Numbered from the whole stretch's first letter, positions 34,751 through 49,304 are shown. The stretch: 55,453 nucleotides of DNA, filler included, from Sphacelaria rigidula (GCA_964200075.2; 6 parts of 6 records of this genome joined end to end with filler, not necessarily neighbours in it), one strand, 5' to 3'. Notes: generated by a model not told the origin, from the sequence alone. Program-made: numbers and translations.

Positions 34751-35835
34751 AGTTTCGGAAAACGTTTTTTCAAATTTTAGAGTCAGAGTGGAAGGAAAAA
34801 TAGCCGGTAACGGTGCACTTTCCGCTATGAAGGGTTCTTCAGAGTGATTTTTTCAGAATCAGAGTGCCGTTTGCACCACTTCACTCTGAAAACCGTTGTT
34901 CCTCTTCAGAGCTCATAGCGGAATGAAGAAGGACCACGCCCACCTTCACCGCCATGGTCACGTCCAGTTACACGCCCTGACAAGCAAAGTGGGACATTCA
35001 TCATCCATCAAAACTGCCGTACTCATCACAATGAGCCATTCACGAAGTAGAAAAGCTTGGCGTGGCAATCAGAAGACCTGCCTGACGCCTCCATGGTATC
35101 AGCATTCGCTTGGTTATTGTGTTGCGTGAATATTCGAATGCTCGACGGGCACACGTCGCCCTCGGGTCCAGTCCCTCACTCTTGCCAGCCTCAGCTGTAA
35201 GAAGACGGCGTGAACGATTCATTGTCTACAACACACAAGCAGTACTACACCTGGCTACATTGTCATTTCGTTAGAAGTCATGACTTCTTGCACCACACTT
35301 ATGGGTGGCATGTTGGGAAATCATCACGATGCGGCCTTGTCTGTTGTTTGAAAGTGCTGCCTACTGCCTACTACTGTTGTACTGTTGTGCTGTTGTATTG
35401 CTGTACAACTGACTGTCTGTACGGCATCGCTGCAGTTCACCGTACCGCGATGTACTGCTGTAGGGTTCTGCATTGCACTCTCTATACTGCACTGGCTGTA
35501 CTCTACACTGCACAGCCCCACAGCACTACAGTGTGGTACACCGTAGTAGATTGAAGTACTACAGGTGGAACGAAGCGTGGTGTACGGCACGTACGGTGCC
35601 GTAGGGTATGGTACAGCAAATGCTGTCCTGACTGGTGCATTTTCGGACTGCACATGACTGCAGGCTGAGTGATCGCACATTTATTTGGCGGCACAACCTG
35701 GGGCCGATCACTGCGGGGAAAAAAGTCCACATCAAGCCACGTCACATCAGCTTCCCCTTTGAACTTTCTAGCGTCCACTCAGCGCTTCCACTCTGCGCTC
35801 TGACTCTATGATCAAAAACAAAATATTCCGAAACT
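34751..35835. mobile_element. Possible non-autonomous TIR element (~1.1 kb)
   Basis: AGTTTCGGAA...TAGAGTCAGAGTGGAAG on the left vs CTTCCACTCTG..CTCTGACTCTA...TTCCGAAACT on the right; no TSD seen. Confidence 0.4.
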
Positions 35836-35861
35836 ATTTTTTTTTTATATTTTGTCATACA

Positions 35862-36075
35862 GGTTAGGGCGTTGGCGTGAAGAAATGGTCTTTACCATAT
35901 ACTAAAACGCCTTCAACCAGTGAAACGAAATGAATGAAAAAACTGACCCACTGACTTTTGTTAATTATGCCCTGGCGAGGGCCCACACGAAATTTCAATA
36001 CACAAGAACCAAACGTGGGCCAGTGAGTGGCCTGCGAAATACTGTTCCGACTTTCCACCGACCCGGTTTTTGAAA
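35862..36075 (+). repeat. Interspersed repeat; inverted paralog at 46405-46624
   Basis: CGTGAAGAAATGGTCTT, AACCAGTGAAA, TTGTTAATTATGCCCTGG.GAGGGCCCACAC match the reverse complement of 46405-46624. Confidence 0.8.
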
Positions 36076-36938
36076 GGCGAATGCGCCGGCCAATATTTAG
36101 AGTTGGAGCGTCAAATTTGGTACGGACAATCCACAGGGCATGAAAAAAAATGGATAAAAGCACTAGACGATTTATTTTTTTGTGAGTTAACCCTTTTGGG
36201 ACCGACCCCCCACTAACACAGGGTTGACCCTGTGTGAGTGAAATAATGAAAACAAGTCTTCGAGCGACCTGCCCAATCACGGCAAGGCGGAAGTTATCGA
36301 CCAGACCCGAACGACCAGTGCTGGGGCTTTTGTTGGCGAGTATGATACCACTGTAAAGATCGTGTGGGGACCCTATCCCTGGCCCAGATAAGCCTTCGCA
36401 GGTTTCCAAGTGCAGAGCGATCGGAGCTTGGTTGTATGATATGACTTGCACTCAGAAAATCGTTCCCGAGTTTTCCGGTGTTGTTGTTTGGGTTCAATTT
36501 CCTACTAAAACGTTGTAATTACACTAAGACAGGGTCGACCGGAAAACCGGGAAGGAGTGTACATGCTACCATGTGGTCATCTTCACCACACCCTAAAACC
36601 AGGTGGGCTGCAAAAGGATCTACTGTCATGAGTTCTGCTTATCCCCCTGGCGATGACCTGCAGGGTGCAGTCAACATGTATACAGTGGGCGGGGATACGA
36701 AGAAGCGGTATATAGGTAGTTGATTTCGTAGCTGAGAATTGCCCAGAACGTGCAAGGGAGTAAGTAGCGGCAGCTGCTGCTTCAGTCGGAGAGGGCTACT
36801 ACAGTGTACTGTACTATACCGTTGTATCTATGCGCGCCACAACGCTGATACCGTTCGAAGAGAATTTGCCGCACACAACAAAGTTTAACAGGGTTGCCAG
36901 AGAAATGAGAAGGTATTTTGAAATGAGAATCAACCGCT

Positions 36939-37038
36939 NNNNNNNNNNNNNNNNNNNNNNNNNNNNNNNNNNNNNNNNNNNNTTAATTAATTAANNNNNN
37001 NNNNNNNNNNNNNNNNNNNNNNNNNNNNNNNNNNNNNN
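36939..37038. other. Artificial contig-joining linker 4
   Basis: Same 100-bp structure. Confidence 0.98.
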
Positions 37039-38893
37039 TTTTGGTGGCTTGTTTTACAGCGCCGTTGCCACTCGACGCCAACCCAAGAGTCTAGAGTTGA
37101 GGGGGGGGGGGGGCGCTGGAGGCGCCGTGCCGGAGGCACGTTTGTACGCGAATTGGCTTCACTTGAGCTGAAAATACGCCAATTTTGGGCCAATTTCAAG
37201 GGCTGCATGTAGCATACGTAGCCGGTAGCGGCCTATGAAGCCGGTAACGGTAGATAATGGTTCGAAACCACTATCCAATTTTTTCATGTAACCATTACCA
37301 CTATCACCATTATAATGATAATGGTCAGTTATTACTGGCACCACTTTCGAGCTCTATCCGTTATTGTAGCACATCTTGAATAAGCCAGGTCGTTATTTTG
37401 AGGTGAAACGCGTACTAGTTATTGATACTGATTGGCTCGTTGAGGTTTCGTTTCTTCTGCAGAAGGGTGTCGATGCACCCTTTCTCGAAATACAATGTCC
37501 CAAAATGAACCTCGTTCCCTCACATAACATGTAGGAAACAGTTTCATCTGCTACACTACCGTATGGAATTGTACTGTACTCAAATTTCCATCGTGCACCG
37601 CTGTGTCGTACACTTGCTGTACCTGGTACTCTCTAATATTGGAAAGATCTTTGGACCAGAGTGGCCGCATCCTACATATACATATCTTATCACATACTGT
37701 TTTCACAAGCATAAACCATGCAGAATGAGGGGATCGATCACTATCACTGATCAGTGTTACGCCGGGGATTAGTGTCACGTTTCCCACCACCACCCCCAAA
37801 ATGAAGACACGACGGAGTCAAAGAAGTGCACAGAAGGTGATATTGCAAATAAAGCGATACACGGCTGTAGTATGTATCTGAAGCTACCTTCTCACCCCAG
37901 TCCGGCTCAATTCCACCCACTACAGCTCACAAACCAGCGATGAATATCCCTAAAAAAGTACTGCCCCGTTGTACAAGCGAGAAAGTTATTTTCCAACATG
38001 TCCCTCGGACACGCAACCGAAGATTACTGATACTGTACGGATGCCTGCAAGCTGAAACTCTGGAGGGTGGTGTAGCTAACTACTAGCCGGCGTTCAAGCC
38101 TAAGACTGCTTTGATTGGGGTTCGGGATAGTGCAGTATCTTCCGCATACTATCTCCACTTCACCCCGTTTTTTTCACCTGCCACAGCGGTCTACGCTGCC
38201 AGAAACTGGAGGGCTGATAGGCATACGTTTTATCTACACAGAGCAACTTGATTTGCCTCTGGAGCTGCCGTGTGTATCGAGATATTGCCATCTCGGTGAG
38301 GGGTGTTGGAACGTGTGGAATGCGGTGTAAAACCCCATCCGGTCATAGTTGGTATCCAAATTGAGCGGTAAGTAATTGCGCCGCGTTCAGTTGGTTTTGG
38401 TTCATGCTACGATGCGGGACGCACATTTCGCCGCGAACCCTCATCATTCAGGATTTTCTAAGGCCAGGAGTAACACGAGATTGAGGGTCAGGTTATTCTA
38501 GTGTCATAATGCAATCCGGATATCCCAAGCCCTCGGAAATGCTGATCGTGACGTGCTGATTTAAGTTAGTTACATACTGTAATGCAATATGTTTTGGCGA
38601 GTTTGACACTCTGAGACACGACTGAGAGTGAGAATCGGCCGACCGAGAAATGGAATGATTTCGATTCCGAAATGCTTCGCCGGGCCTTATATGAGGACCA
38701 AAACGCTTTCTGTAGCAGGTTGCCATGAACCCTTTGATTATATTGTTGTTGTTGTTGTTGTTGTTGTCGTCTTCACATTAAAAACCGTTCCGATTTTTGA
38801 TGCATGTGAAAAATGTATTGACGCGAACCTGTAAGCGCACGACCGTGTTCTACAGAAGAAAAACGCGCACACATACACACAGGAAATGAACAA

Positions 38894-39327
38894 GGGATTT
38901 TACAAACTGGGCATGGGTTTTTTATTTAGGACGATAACTTGGAGAATGAAAATATTGGTGTCCACACCAAACTTCCGAAATATTGTTTTACTCCATCACC
39001 TGCTGGTACCTATTGACAACTACTACACCTAATACAGATTTGGATCTCCTAATAACCGACACGTTCGGGTCATGGGTGAAGAAACAATTGTGGGGAATTG
39101 AGATGATCCGATCAGATTGCCGAAATTTCCCAGTATTACTTCTTCACCTAGGACCCCGGGATATCGATTATCGAAATCCAGATTTGTCTGGCGTGCACCA
39201 GCTGTCAAAAGCTACCAGAAAGTGGAGAAATGGAACCATATTTCGACATTTCGGTGTGGATACGAAGATTTTAATTATCCGGGTTTCTCATCCTCAACAA
39301 AAATCCATCCCCACTTTGTAAAATCCC
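38894..39327. mobile_element. Foldback MITE family B, copy 2
   Basis: GGGATTTTACAAA...TTTGTAAAATCCC TIRs; internal GGTGTGGATACGAAGATTT shared with 22865-23418. Confidence 0.8.
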
Positions 39328-40428
39328 GTGTCAATGGCAAAAAATGGACAATGTGGAGTGAAACATAGAAGAACAAAATCCCAACCAACGCTAAACTTTC
39401 AAACTCGCGAAAACCTTATTATTACTCGTGGTTTGGATGAGATAGAGGGCATGTAATGATTATACGCTTGGAATATGCTTGTGCGCCCCTATACCGTAGC
39501 ACCACTCTACGTGTACATCTTGGGGATATTTTTTTCCGCAAACATACATGCAACAACCAACATTGCCCGCCAGTTGGAACTACGTTACACACATGTGCAT
39601 GCCGTTGTCTCTAGGGTGGCACGTGAAGCGTGCTTCCGGGATGGCCGTGCAACGTGTAACGCACGGTCACATCTCGCCGACTCGCTATGTCGTCCGCGAG
39701 ACCGTAAGCGTTCGGAATCAAAAAAGTGGTACCGCTGAAATGATGTCGGTCTTTGCTTCGAAGAATAGGTGGTCACATCGACTGTCCGGTGCGGTGCAAG
39801 CGGGATGTCGATGAGAAAGTGGCACGTAAAAAAGGAGGAAAAACATCATCCCACGTCGTCTCTCTACCGTTCAGCACATTGAAAATCAGGTAATCAAAAT
39901 TGAGGATAGAACTCCAATTTTGAATATCGACTGCGATCGGTGTTACCAACGATGCCTGGCGGTTCGCCCGCTGTGCAGAACCAAATCTGACACAGCCTAA
40001 CTCCTGGAGTCGATGCGCGTGCGGTGGCCGGGTCGCACAGTGCTCCAAGACGTCAAGTGCAAGTCCATGTCCTCCACCTGATTTATGTTTTCTGAATCGT
40101 TTGATTACTATCAACGCTTGTCTTCACGTTCAACCGGCGATTCACCCAAGGGCTTCGCCGGACTACTCGCCGTATTGATGTGCACCCAAGGGCGCACCAC
40201 ACCAAGCACAACACACCTTTCCTGTCAACGCAAGGAACGGGCTCTCAATACCTAGAGGAGGAGACAGCAACAGCCACGGTTACACATATACCTGCGCAAT
40301 CTATCTACACGATACATGTCTTCAGCTTTCTACACAGGTGAGATCAAAACGCGAATTCATCGTCATGGTCGTTGCCCGCTTCCGATACCGAATACTCTCC
40401 CTCCAACCCGCTTCACTCGGAATCTGAT

Positions 40429-42077
40429 TCACTTCACGGTGTGCTTCTGCGATGAACTCCGGTTCGGCAGGGGTAAGGGGGGGGGGGTTGAGCCAACTGT
40501 CGGAGGTGTGGAGCAAGGTGGACGGACGGACTTTGCCTTCCGTCTATCACTCCTAACCTTGTGTCGCTCAAGGGAGCGCAGCAAACAATCAGGCCGACTG
40601 CATAAGCAATCTGAACTAGGCTGATAGTTCTGCAGAAGCGCAGCCGGGCGCACATCGTCACCATCTTCACATAACCCCAGAAATAGCCGAGCCATAGATA
40701 CTCGTGCCGCGCCTAGATGACGCCAGATGTTGCCTTCGCCGGGACCTGGTCGATGGCACGCGAAGCACAGCCGCGATACCGGATCGTGTATCCGACCGCA
40801 AGGAGAACAATCCTTGCATGCGCGGTCGACGAGTGGGACCTGCATGCCACACACATCGCGACCACATCCCCGCTTAGGTCTTCCACGCCCCCTTTTACAA
40901 ATAACCGGGTTAGATTTCACCGGCGCGGAAATATCCCTCCTGCAGCTATCACGATTTCCGGGGGGAACTTGAGAACTACGGTGACGCATTGGCATCCTCC
41001 CTCTTGCACCGCGCGCGCTACGTTCACCACGATCAGCATCTGATTGTGGTGACCGGTGCTCGGGACTTCTTATAACCTCGTTGGCAGCCCCGTTCATTGG
41101 CCCCGGCTCTACTTTCTCTTGTCTCGAACCCGCCGCAGATGAGGTGTTGACACCCCCAGCGTCAACCCCGGGGGTGGCAACAACGGTAGCCTTCTTCTTC
41201 TTCCGCTTCTGCTTCGATTTTGATGCTGATGCGTCCGAAGTTGTTGGTGTCGACGAGCGCGGCGAGCCTGGTCGCTTGTTACTTCGTCCCGATGAAGTGA
41301 AATATCCTCCCGGTGACCCTGGAACCGATCTTCGTTCTGCTTTGTCGGGGGATGCGGATGTTGGTGTTTCCCCGGGAGAGTGATGTACCACGAGTGGATT
41401 TTCGTTCACCCCATTTCTGTGCTGCAATGCAGCCTTCGGTTGTTCATCCCATGCTCCCCATGCGCTATCAACCTCCGGGTGATTTTTCGCCGTTGTCTTT
41501 CGACTCGATCTCCGTTCGTGAACATGTGGGGGTGTGCCTCTGCCGGACTTGGGCGGGGTATGTCATTTTCTCGCCTTGGAAGACGGTATTGAATTCTGCA
41601 ACTCGACGAGCCTACCACCGGCAGCTGTCCCCGTTCTGGGGGGGATATTCTCACGCCCTTGAAAGGTACCGCCGGCAGATTCCACGACAAGACCTCCCGC
41701 GTGTTGTTTTCGGATGCCGAAGCAGCCGACATCCCACAAGTTGCGCCTTTCCCGCCCGATCGACGTTCAAGATTGTTGCGCTCTGCACTCCGACGGTTGT
41801 TGCACCCTTCCACCGACCCCTGATTTTCTATAGATGCGCCATCGGTAGACGCTATTGACGCCTCCGAGGCAGAGAATAGTACAGTCATCGTCTCTTTTCC
41901 AGATGACGGGGGGCTCAGCCGCTCTCGCACTGCGCCCACTTCGCCGGCGTGACCCCCCGCAATGTCCCTCAGATTTCCCACCGGCGCTGTATGCTCGGAG
42001 TGTGCCGATCGAGATCTGCTGTCAACCGCGGATGTGGTATATGTGAGACGGGATAGCGCTGGGAATGGTGCAGGCAC
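40429..42077 (-). pseudogene. Frameshifted ORF pair: disordered region, basic patch, AT-hook and Cys-rich segment
   Basis: 223-aa and 332-aa overlapping ORFs; KQKRKKKK, KRGRGRPK, then CxxC-type pairs (CKDCSPC, CFAC, CLCSRPDC). Confidence 0.4.
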
Positions 42078-45000
42078 TTCACAACCTGTGCGGAGGATAC
42101 GTAATAACGATAGATGGGCACAACGTGTCAGCCGTGAGGGCTTTTTGTTTTCGCAAGCGTAGGAGTCGCGGGTTCATGGGACAGGATACATTCCGAAATG
42201 TATGCATACTCGATTCCGTTCAACACCCACAATCATCAGCGGGAGCGAGTGTAATGTAGTCAGGTGCCCGCGATCTTCAGCACTTACTTTTCCCGCGGTG
42301 TTACTGCATCCAGTGCGTTGTGGTACTCTCACCTCGAGATCGATTGCGGTGCCGTATCTCACGTTCGGACTGTCCCGACTGGCGTTTGAGAAGTGCTCCA
42401 GACGTAGGTAGCATCCCAAGTGTGAGTCTTGGGGATCTTCCGCACCGACGGTCAGCAAATAAACCGGGGGGTGGGTGGGGTAGGAATGCACACCAATGCT
42501 TTTGATTCCAGATGCCTCCAATATTGCGATTCTCGTGCTGCGAGGTCCACCGACAACGGAGTTTTCCTTGCTGTATCATCATCTGTCATGGTCGCCGCAT
42601 CCGATCATCGCATCGTATAGTTGTAACGTCTAACTTCCCAACTCGAAATTCATGTACGATTACAGGAGCGACCGATGTTAGAAATTTCGCAGGTAATAAT
42701 CTCAGGCCCGTTTTTTTTTGACTTCAAGAATTTCCTGGTAAGCATTCGTGGTGAACTCAAGGGGAAAATAAGAATAAGAAGTCGGAAAGAGGGTCGGCAG
42801 GTAAAAATCTGCAACAATGAACTGCACCGCAGGATAATAAGAACCTGCCTTTACAACCTCCATGGCTACATTAGCCCCCCAGCGAAGCTGCCTCCTCTTT
42901 GAAACTGGCAGACATGACTTATCTCTACTGGGACACCCCATGGACAATGACAATCTGTACCAAACTTCTATAATACTGCACCGCATTTGCCCCGATTTTG
43001 TCTGTAAGAATAAGAATGGTTTACGTACTGCTTGCTTACTGCTAGCGCACGGTACAGTACTGATGCTGCAGTCCCTTTTGGCAGAGGATAAGAGGAGGGG
43101 AATACCTTTGATGCCCGCTACTCCTATGCCTGTGCAAAATAAGAATTTGAAACTGAAGCATTCGGCGTATTGCACCTCGTCGAAAAAAAAGTTTATTCAG
43201 CATTTCTGCTGGATGCGGAGAGAAAAGAAGACGCCGAACCTCGCTCTCTAGATAAGAGTTTCTCGACACCTGCCGCGCTCTGCACACTCCGTTGATCTTC
43301 CTCCACGTTGGTGGTCGCTGGAACCCGGGTGCACGTTTTCAACGTGCGATCGTCGCGCCTTAAAGGACATCAGGTGCGTGTGGTACGTTGCTCCATCGAG
43401 CACACAACCCCCTGAATTACACATTACCCAGGGTCGCACGTCGCAACGTCGTGATCTTGATGCATGGTCACGACCGCCATTTACGTATTACGTAGTACAG
43501 TCAGTAGTAGTAGTGTACCCAGTGTTTCTTCTGCCAGCCGGCGCAGTTCATACCCGAACATAACACTACACAGACTGTACAATACTCTATACTGCACTGC
43601 ACTTTGTTGCATGCGTTGTGATGTACTGTGGTGCGCTGGGGTGCATGGTATTGCACTGCGCGGGGCTATACTATACTGGGATGAACAGCTTGTACAATGG
43701 AAAGGGACCTCTCTGCAGCACCCATGTGCTGATGCGGAGCAAAATTCAAACTTTTCAAACTTTAGTTAACTTGTTTCATCTGCTACATGAATGGATTTCA
43801 GTAAATCCTTTTGCACTGGAACTGACGCTTTGTACAGATGCTCAGACCGTTCTCCGTGTCTCTGCCGGTAGTATTACGCGAGCGCAGTGGGAGTAACACC
43901 GGAGGTCAGGTTTCATAGGGGGGGGTGGTGTTCACCCTGGGCAGGACCGTTTCTGCTATAACTTCCGGCATAGAGCACTTTTGTCATTGCAATCTGCAAG
44001 AGATTTTGCCTATCCATATATCAACATACCTTAATCCTCCACGCGCATGCTTCCTCTGCCTGGGCGATGCTGTCTGGGCCGCTACTGCATGCACAGCTGG
44101 TGCGGACGATCCTTGTGAAACCCGGACATTTGCCATCATCCACCGTTTTTCACCGCGTTTAAAAGACTATAATAAAAAAAACAAGTTCCCCGGCGTAACA
44201 CTGCAGATTTTCAGACAGTCGTGCAGAAGGTCATCACTGCTTTCTGAAAACGTTGGACAAACAGTGTTGCCCAAGGTCGGCCTCCCGAGCAGCGCGTACC
44301 CTGTTGTGCTGGACAGTGTTGGAGAGTTGGTAGGAACATAGCGAATGACGCTTGAAGCTATGCCGAGAGCAGGAAACGGCGCGGATCTACTGTAATCGCC
44401 CCCAAAAGCCGGGGAAGGAAAGCATATCACAAGGTCATGGCGCACCCTCAACAACGGCAGACTACATGAATAGAAGTGTACTGCGTATAGTCCAGGAGCG
44501 GAAGAACTGTTTCTCCGGTACGCCGTACACTTATTTCCCGATGTAGGCTGTTTGCCAGGGTGTCTCGTTTTTCAAGGCCGTGACCTCGAGAGTTGCTCAA
44601 GTCTCGGAAGTAGTCAGCAAACTTGATATGTAGCCGCATGTCTCTGTAAGCGCTTTGGGGGTCCAAAATAACACACTTCGATTTTACGTTGTTTATCCTA
44701 ATCGCTGTTGTGTACAGTTATGGGCGCGCCTGACCCCCTAAAATGAGCCAAAAAAGTGGCACCGACCAAAAGCACGAACAGACCGGAGATCTCGTTCATC
44801 CCCTGATTATGCACGCCGTAAAGTCCCCCCAAGTACTTGTCATTTAAGTGGGGTTTCCACTGGACGATTTCCCATTTTCGTTGTCCCGGGCTACGAACCA
44901 CAGCGTACCTAGGCTACTCACCGGTGTGTATTTGTCCAAGCTACAATCTGGAAAGATTGTGGAACCAGAGCAGTTATGGTAATCGAGAAAATCGCAAAAA

Positions 45001-46196
45001 AACATGGTTTTCCCACTTCATTTGTTATAAAACTCGAATCCCGATGAAATAAAAAAATATGTTCACCGAGTGTTAAGCTGCCGTCTTGGCGCAAATAATG
45101 CAAAAAATTGCATCCAATCGATGGCCTTGATGAGTAATTGGGACAACCGTTTGGGGCTACGGGCGCAAATCAGCACCTCCAACCCTCGCCGGTTTTCACG
45201 ACATGCAAACACGTCACCCCTGTCCGACGGCCTCAGAATAGATTACACTCATGAATGACTCTTGATACTGCAGATGGTTGATACATCACATGCGTGGAAT
45301 GTTCGGCAGGTAGGTGTAGAATTGAACCTTTGACCGAACCCCTAGAGGCTTCCGTGTGTGCGGATATTTACCCTCACATCTGTGCATCGCTTGTGATAGT
45401 GGCAAGAGTAGCGCTCGTTCTCCTGCACCCGGTACCATCACCACGCCACCGTCGATAGCGTAGCTTTGTATCTCATCTCACCTGGCGGCAAGTGTGGGCA
45501 AACTCTGAACTGACGGAGAAAAGAAAGCCACAGAGAATGGTAAAGGCACAGCTCCCATGAAAAGATCCAGATTTCGGTGTTCACAATAATATTAAGATGG
45601 ATCAACTTATCCTCCACAATGGTCAACTATACTGCGTCAAGGGGACACAGAAGACAGCATAAAGTCGTCAGCCCACTTTTGCTGAAGCCACATGGCACCG
45701 GAGCCCCATTCATGCCTTTCAGTGCACCAACCCGTGCAAAGAAACGCGTCCGTTGTATCGGTAGTGGTGGGTGACGACCGACGGTTTGTTTTCATTCCCT
45801 CTTGAAACACGATACCCTAGGAGTCCGATGAAAATCGTGCATATTCATGAAATGAAAAGGCATACCCACAGAACAACAGATATCCTTGCACAGGGCGAGT
45901 CATTCACCCGCTAAAATTGTAGAACGATGAACATGACGAGGAAGTCGACCAACATCCATCCAACCTAAATGAGACACCAGGCGCATGTATTCCACTCGTA
46001 TGTGCAAGGGCCGTCCTCGTCGTAGTTCATCAGTACATATGGTTCTGTCGCATATTGAGCATATGATTTTGTAAAAATAAATGGTTCAGAGTTCCTGATT
46101 GAGGCGTTGGGCTACAAATAATCATGGTTTATATGACTTGGTTTGAATGTGTACAACAAGAATCGGATTTCAAGTAGCACTGACAGTCCCGTGGGC

Positions 46197-46296
46197 NNNN
46201 NNNNNNNNNNNNNNNNNNNNNNNNNNNNNNNNNNNNNNNNTTAATTAATTAANNNNNNNNNNNNNNNNNNNNNNNNNNNNNNNNNNNNNNNNNNNN
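46197..46296. other. Artificial contig-joining linker 5
   Basis: Same 100-bp structure. Confidence 0.98.
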
Positions 46297-46964
46297 GGAG
46301 GTCGGGAGGGATGGGGTAGTCCATATGAAAGTCATTTGTCATGAATTTAGGCCAGGGAAAGCACGACTTTTGAGTTAAACCTAATTTTTTCTTTCAACCC
46401 CATTTTCGAAAATCGGCTGTTATCGGTAGAAATTCGGAACATTATTTTGCACGCCACTCACCGGCCCGCGCTTGGTTTTTGTGTGATGAAAATTTGTGTG
46501 GGCCCTCTCCAGGGCATAATTAACAAACCTCGGTGGACCAGATTTTTTTTCATTCATTTTTTCACTGGTTGTGAGGGCGTGTCAGTATGGTGAAGACCAT
46601 TTCTTCACGAGAACGCCCCAACCTCTATGAAAAAAAAATGAAGTCCCATTTTTTTTATTCGGCACTCTTCTGCGGTCCTCCACACCAATTTTCGCCGCCA
46701 TCGGCTAAATGCATAAATCGAGAGTTTCATAGAGATTTTTGTGTTGGCGCTATCTCCCTTAGGTATAGGAACTACTAGACATGGGGTTTAATCAACGAGA
46801 AAATATGGGCCCAAACTTTTGAGTAGATGGGCACCTTCCCCTCGATTGGATGATTAATATGATATGCGGATCACGGCCCAATACGTTTCCGGTGATCAGA
46901 TATTGCTCTGCGAGGTTAAATCCGTTTCTGGGCTGACCCAGCTTGTAGTCAGTCCAGCCAATTA

Positions 46965-47090
46965 TTTCATTATTTCGATTATTAATATTATTCATATTAT
47001 TATGATTATCATTATTATTATTATATTTTCATTATTCTGATTATATGATTATTATGATGATTATTATTATTATTATTATTATGATTATTA

Positions 47091-47148
<58 letters not shown>

Positions 47149-47680
47149 CATTATTATTATTATTTTTATTATTATTATTATAATTATTATTTTTATTATT
47201 ATCATGATTATGATTATTATGATTATCATGATTATCATTATTATGATTATGATCATGATTATTATTGTTATAATGAATATGATCATTATTATTATGATTT
47301 TTATGGTTATGATTGTTATTATTGTTATTTTTATGATTATGATCATGATTATCATTAATATTATAATAATTATTATTATGATTATTATTATTATTATTAT
47401 TATCATTATTATTATCATTATCATTATTATTATTATCATTATCATGATTATTATCATGATTATGATCATGATTATTATCATGATTATTATTTTGATTATT
47501 ATGATTATTATTTTGATTATTACGATTATTAATATGATGATGATATTATTATTATTATCATTATGATTTTTTTATCATGATCATTATTATCATGATTATT
47601 ATTATCCTGATTATGATGATTATGAATATGATGATTATGATTATGATCATCATTATTATCATGATTATTATCATTATATC
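46965..47680. repeat. Degenerate (ATT/ATC/ATG)n microsatellite
   Basis: Directly visible; explains the poly-Ile ORFs on both strands. Confidence 0.97.
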
Positions 47681-49193
47681 CATCACACAGCCAAGAGTCA
47701 TGGAAAACAACGAAAACGTTGCTTTTCTCCGTTTAATTATTGTGTAATTACCCCAACCTATGACCCGAACAGACATAGGTACAGTCATCGTGGTATTGAA
47801 GCTGCATTACGTCTCCACCGCCCAGCTTAGTCCAGATCGGTTCACGACCAGCACTAAGCCATAGCAACAGCGAGTAGAACGCCTTATTCACGGTACGGCC
47901 AGGAGCTACTCGACAGTACAAAGGTATGTGATCCCAGACTGATAAATGATAAGTGGTGTTGGTGAGGCTTTTGTTGCAAGGTATCTCCTCATGCACAACA
48001 ACTGGCCGCATCGGCCGTCCTACTTGCTTGTACAGGTCCCGTCTCCATCATGAAACTTGCTCGAGCTATGAAAAGGTTGAGCGACATGTACAGCGTGAAT
48101 CAGGCCATGAAACAAGTATCCCGAGATAGAGGCGGGTTTACCGTGCCCGCACAACGCGAAATCAGTCTGAAAACGCGTGCGTTTACAGCCCGACTCACCC
48201 GCTCCACGCACGTTGTTTTGTTACGGCACAACCCATCATACCTGTCGGGACATGAGAAAGCGTCTACGCTTCACTGTCAAGTATCTGTACCACCGGCCAT
48301 CAACAAGTGTATTTTGGCGAGTCACCTTGGCCATCCAGTACAGATGGTCGCGCTGAAATTGATGCCAGGAGAGAAAGGGAGAGGGAGTAATCAACTGGCA
48401 TGGGTTCATCGAAGAGACGGTGTTCTAGCGCGCTTCTGGGGATTCCCAGAAGCAGCCACGTTCGGAGTCCGGGGTAGGTTGTAGGTTGCTACGTAGCTGC
48501 CAGTGTTTTTTCATGTTGCGCCTGTACTGTGGGCTGGGGGTACGTTGACGTTCACGCGAGCGGGTGGACAAGTTGATGTTCATGGCCGAGTACACTTCGC
48601 TCTTTTCTCGAACCTATCACAGCATTTGTGGTACTCGTACAATCAAAATGTGTCTGTGTTCCCCGCATACTACTGTATATCACAGCGCACTGTCCGAAGC
48701 TACTTATAACAAGGACTGTTGACAACCTCAGGCACGTCTGTTCATACTAGTGCGATTTGCTTGGATTCAGTGACTACTACACTCGTTCCGTCGAAACTCG
48801 GGCTACTTCTATGCCGTAAGGAGTGCGGGCCAATATAACCCCCGTCCCTGACGCTGATCCTCATCCTCGGCACTTGGCACGTCCCCATCGTTGAAGGGCT
48901 CACGCTATGCCTTTCGGGGGAGCCAGGGCTAGGATTAGGGCTTGAGTTGTTTTGGGTGGTTAAGTACAGTAGTCGGCAGCCCCGATGAGGGAAGGCGCCG
49001 AGACTTCAAGACATCAAATCTGTCGGCGGATCTGACGGATAAAATATCCGCTGCTTTGTTGTTTTCGATCGAGGAGATTCTCGCAACCGTGCAAACCGTT
49101 CGCTCGTGTGTCTCCAACTACTACTGTCGTACGTATACTACCGTACTCCAATTCAAAATTCGATGCAATCCGATAGCTGAAGGCGCGTCTTGA

Positions 49194-49300
49194 TTCATAG
49201 ACCGCGTTGCCGGTAGTCTATCTGGATTAAACATACTTTTTCAAGTGAACCTGATGATGCCGACTCAGCAGGTGGTTGACCTACCCTCACGGTCAAAGGG
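49194..49300 (-). mobile_element. piggyBac-like MITE, copy 3 (inverted)
   Basis: TTGA|TTCATAGACCGCG...GACCTACCCTCACGGTCAAAGGG|ATAA; reverse complement of the 14249 copy. Confidence 0.7.
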
Positions 49301-49304
49301 ATAA

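Noticed and set aside
47041..47788. Poly-Ile/Met ORFs on both strands
   Set aside because: Translation of an ATT/ATC/ATG microsatellite
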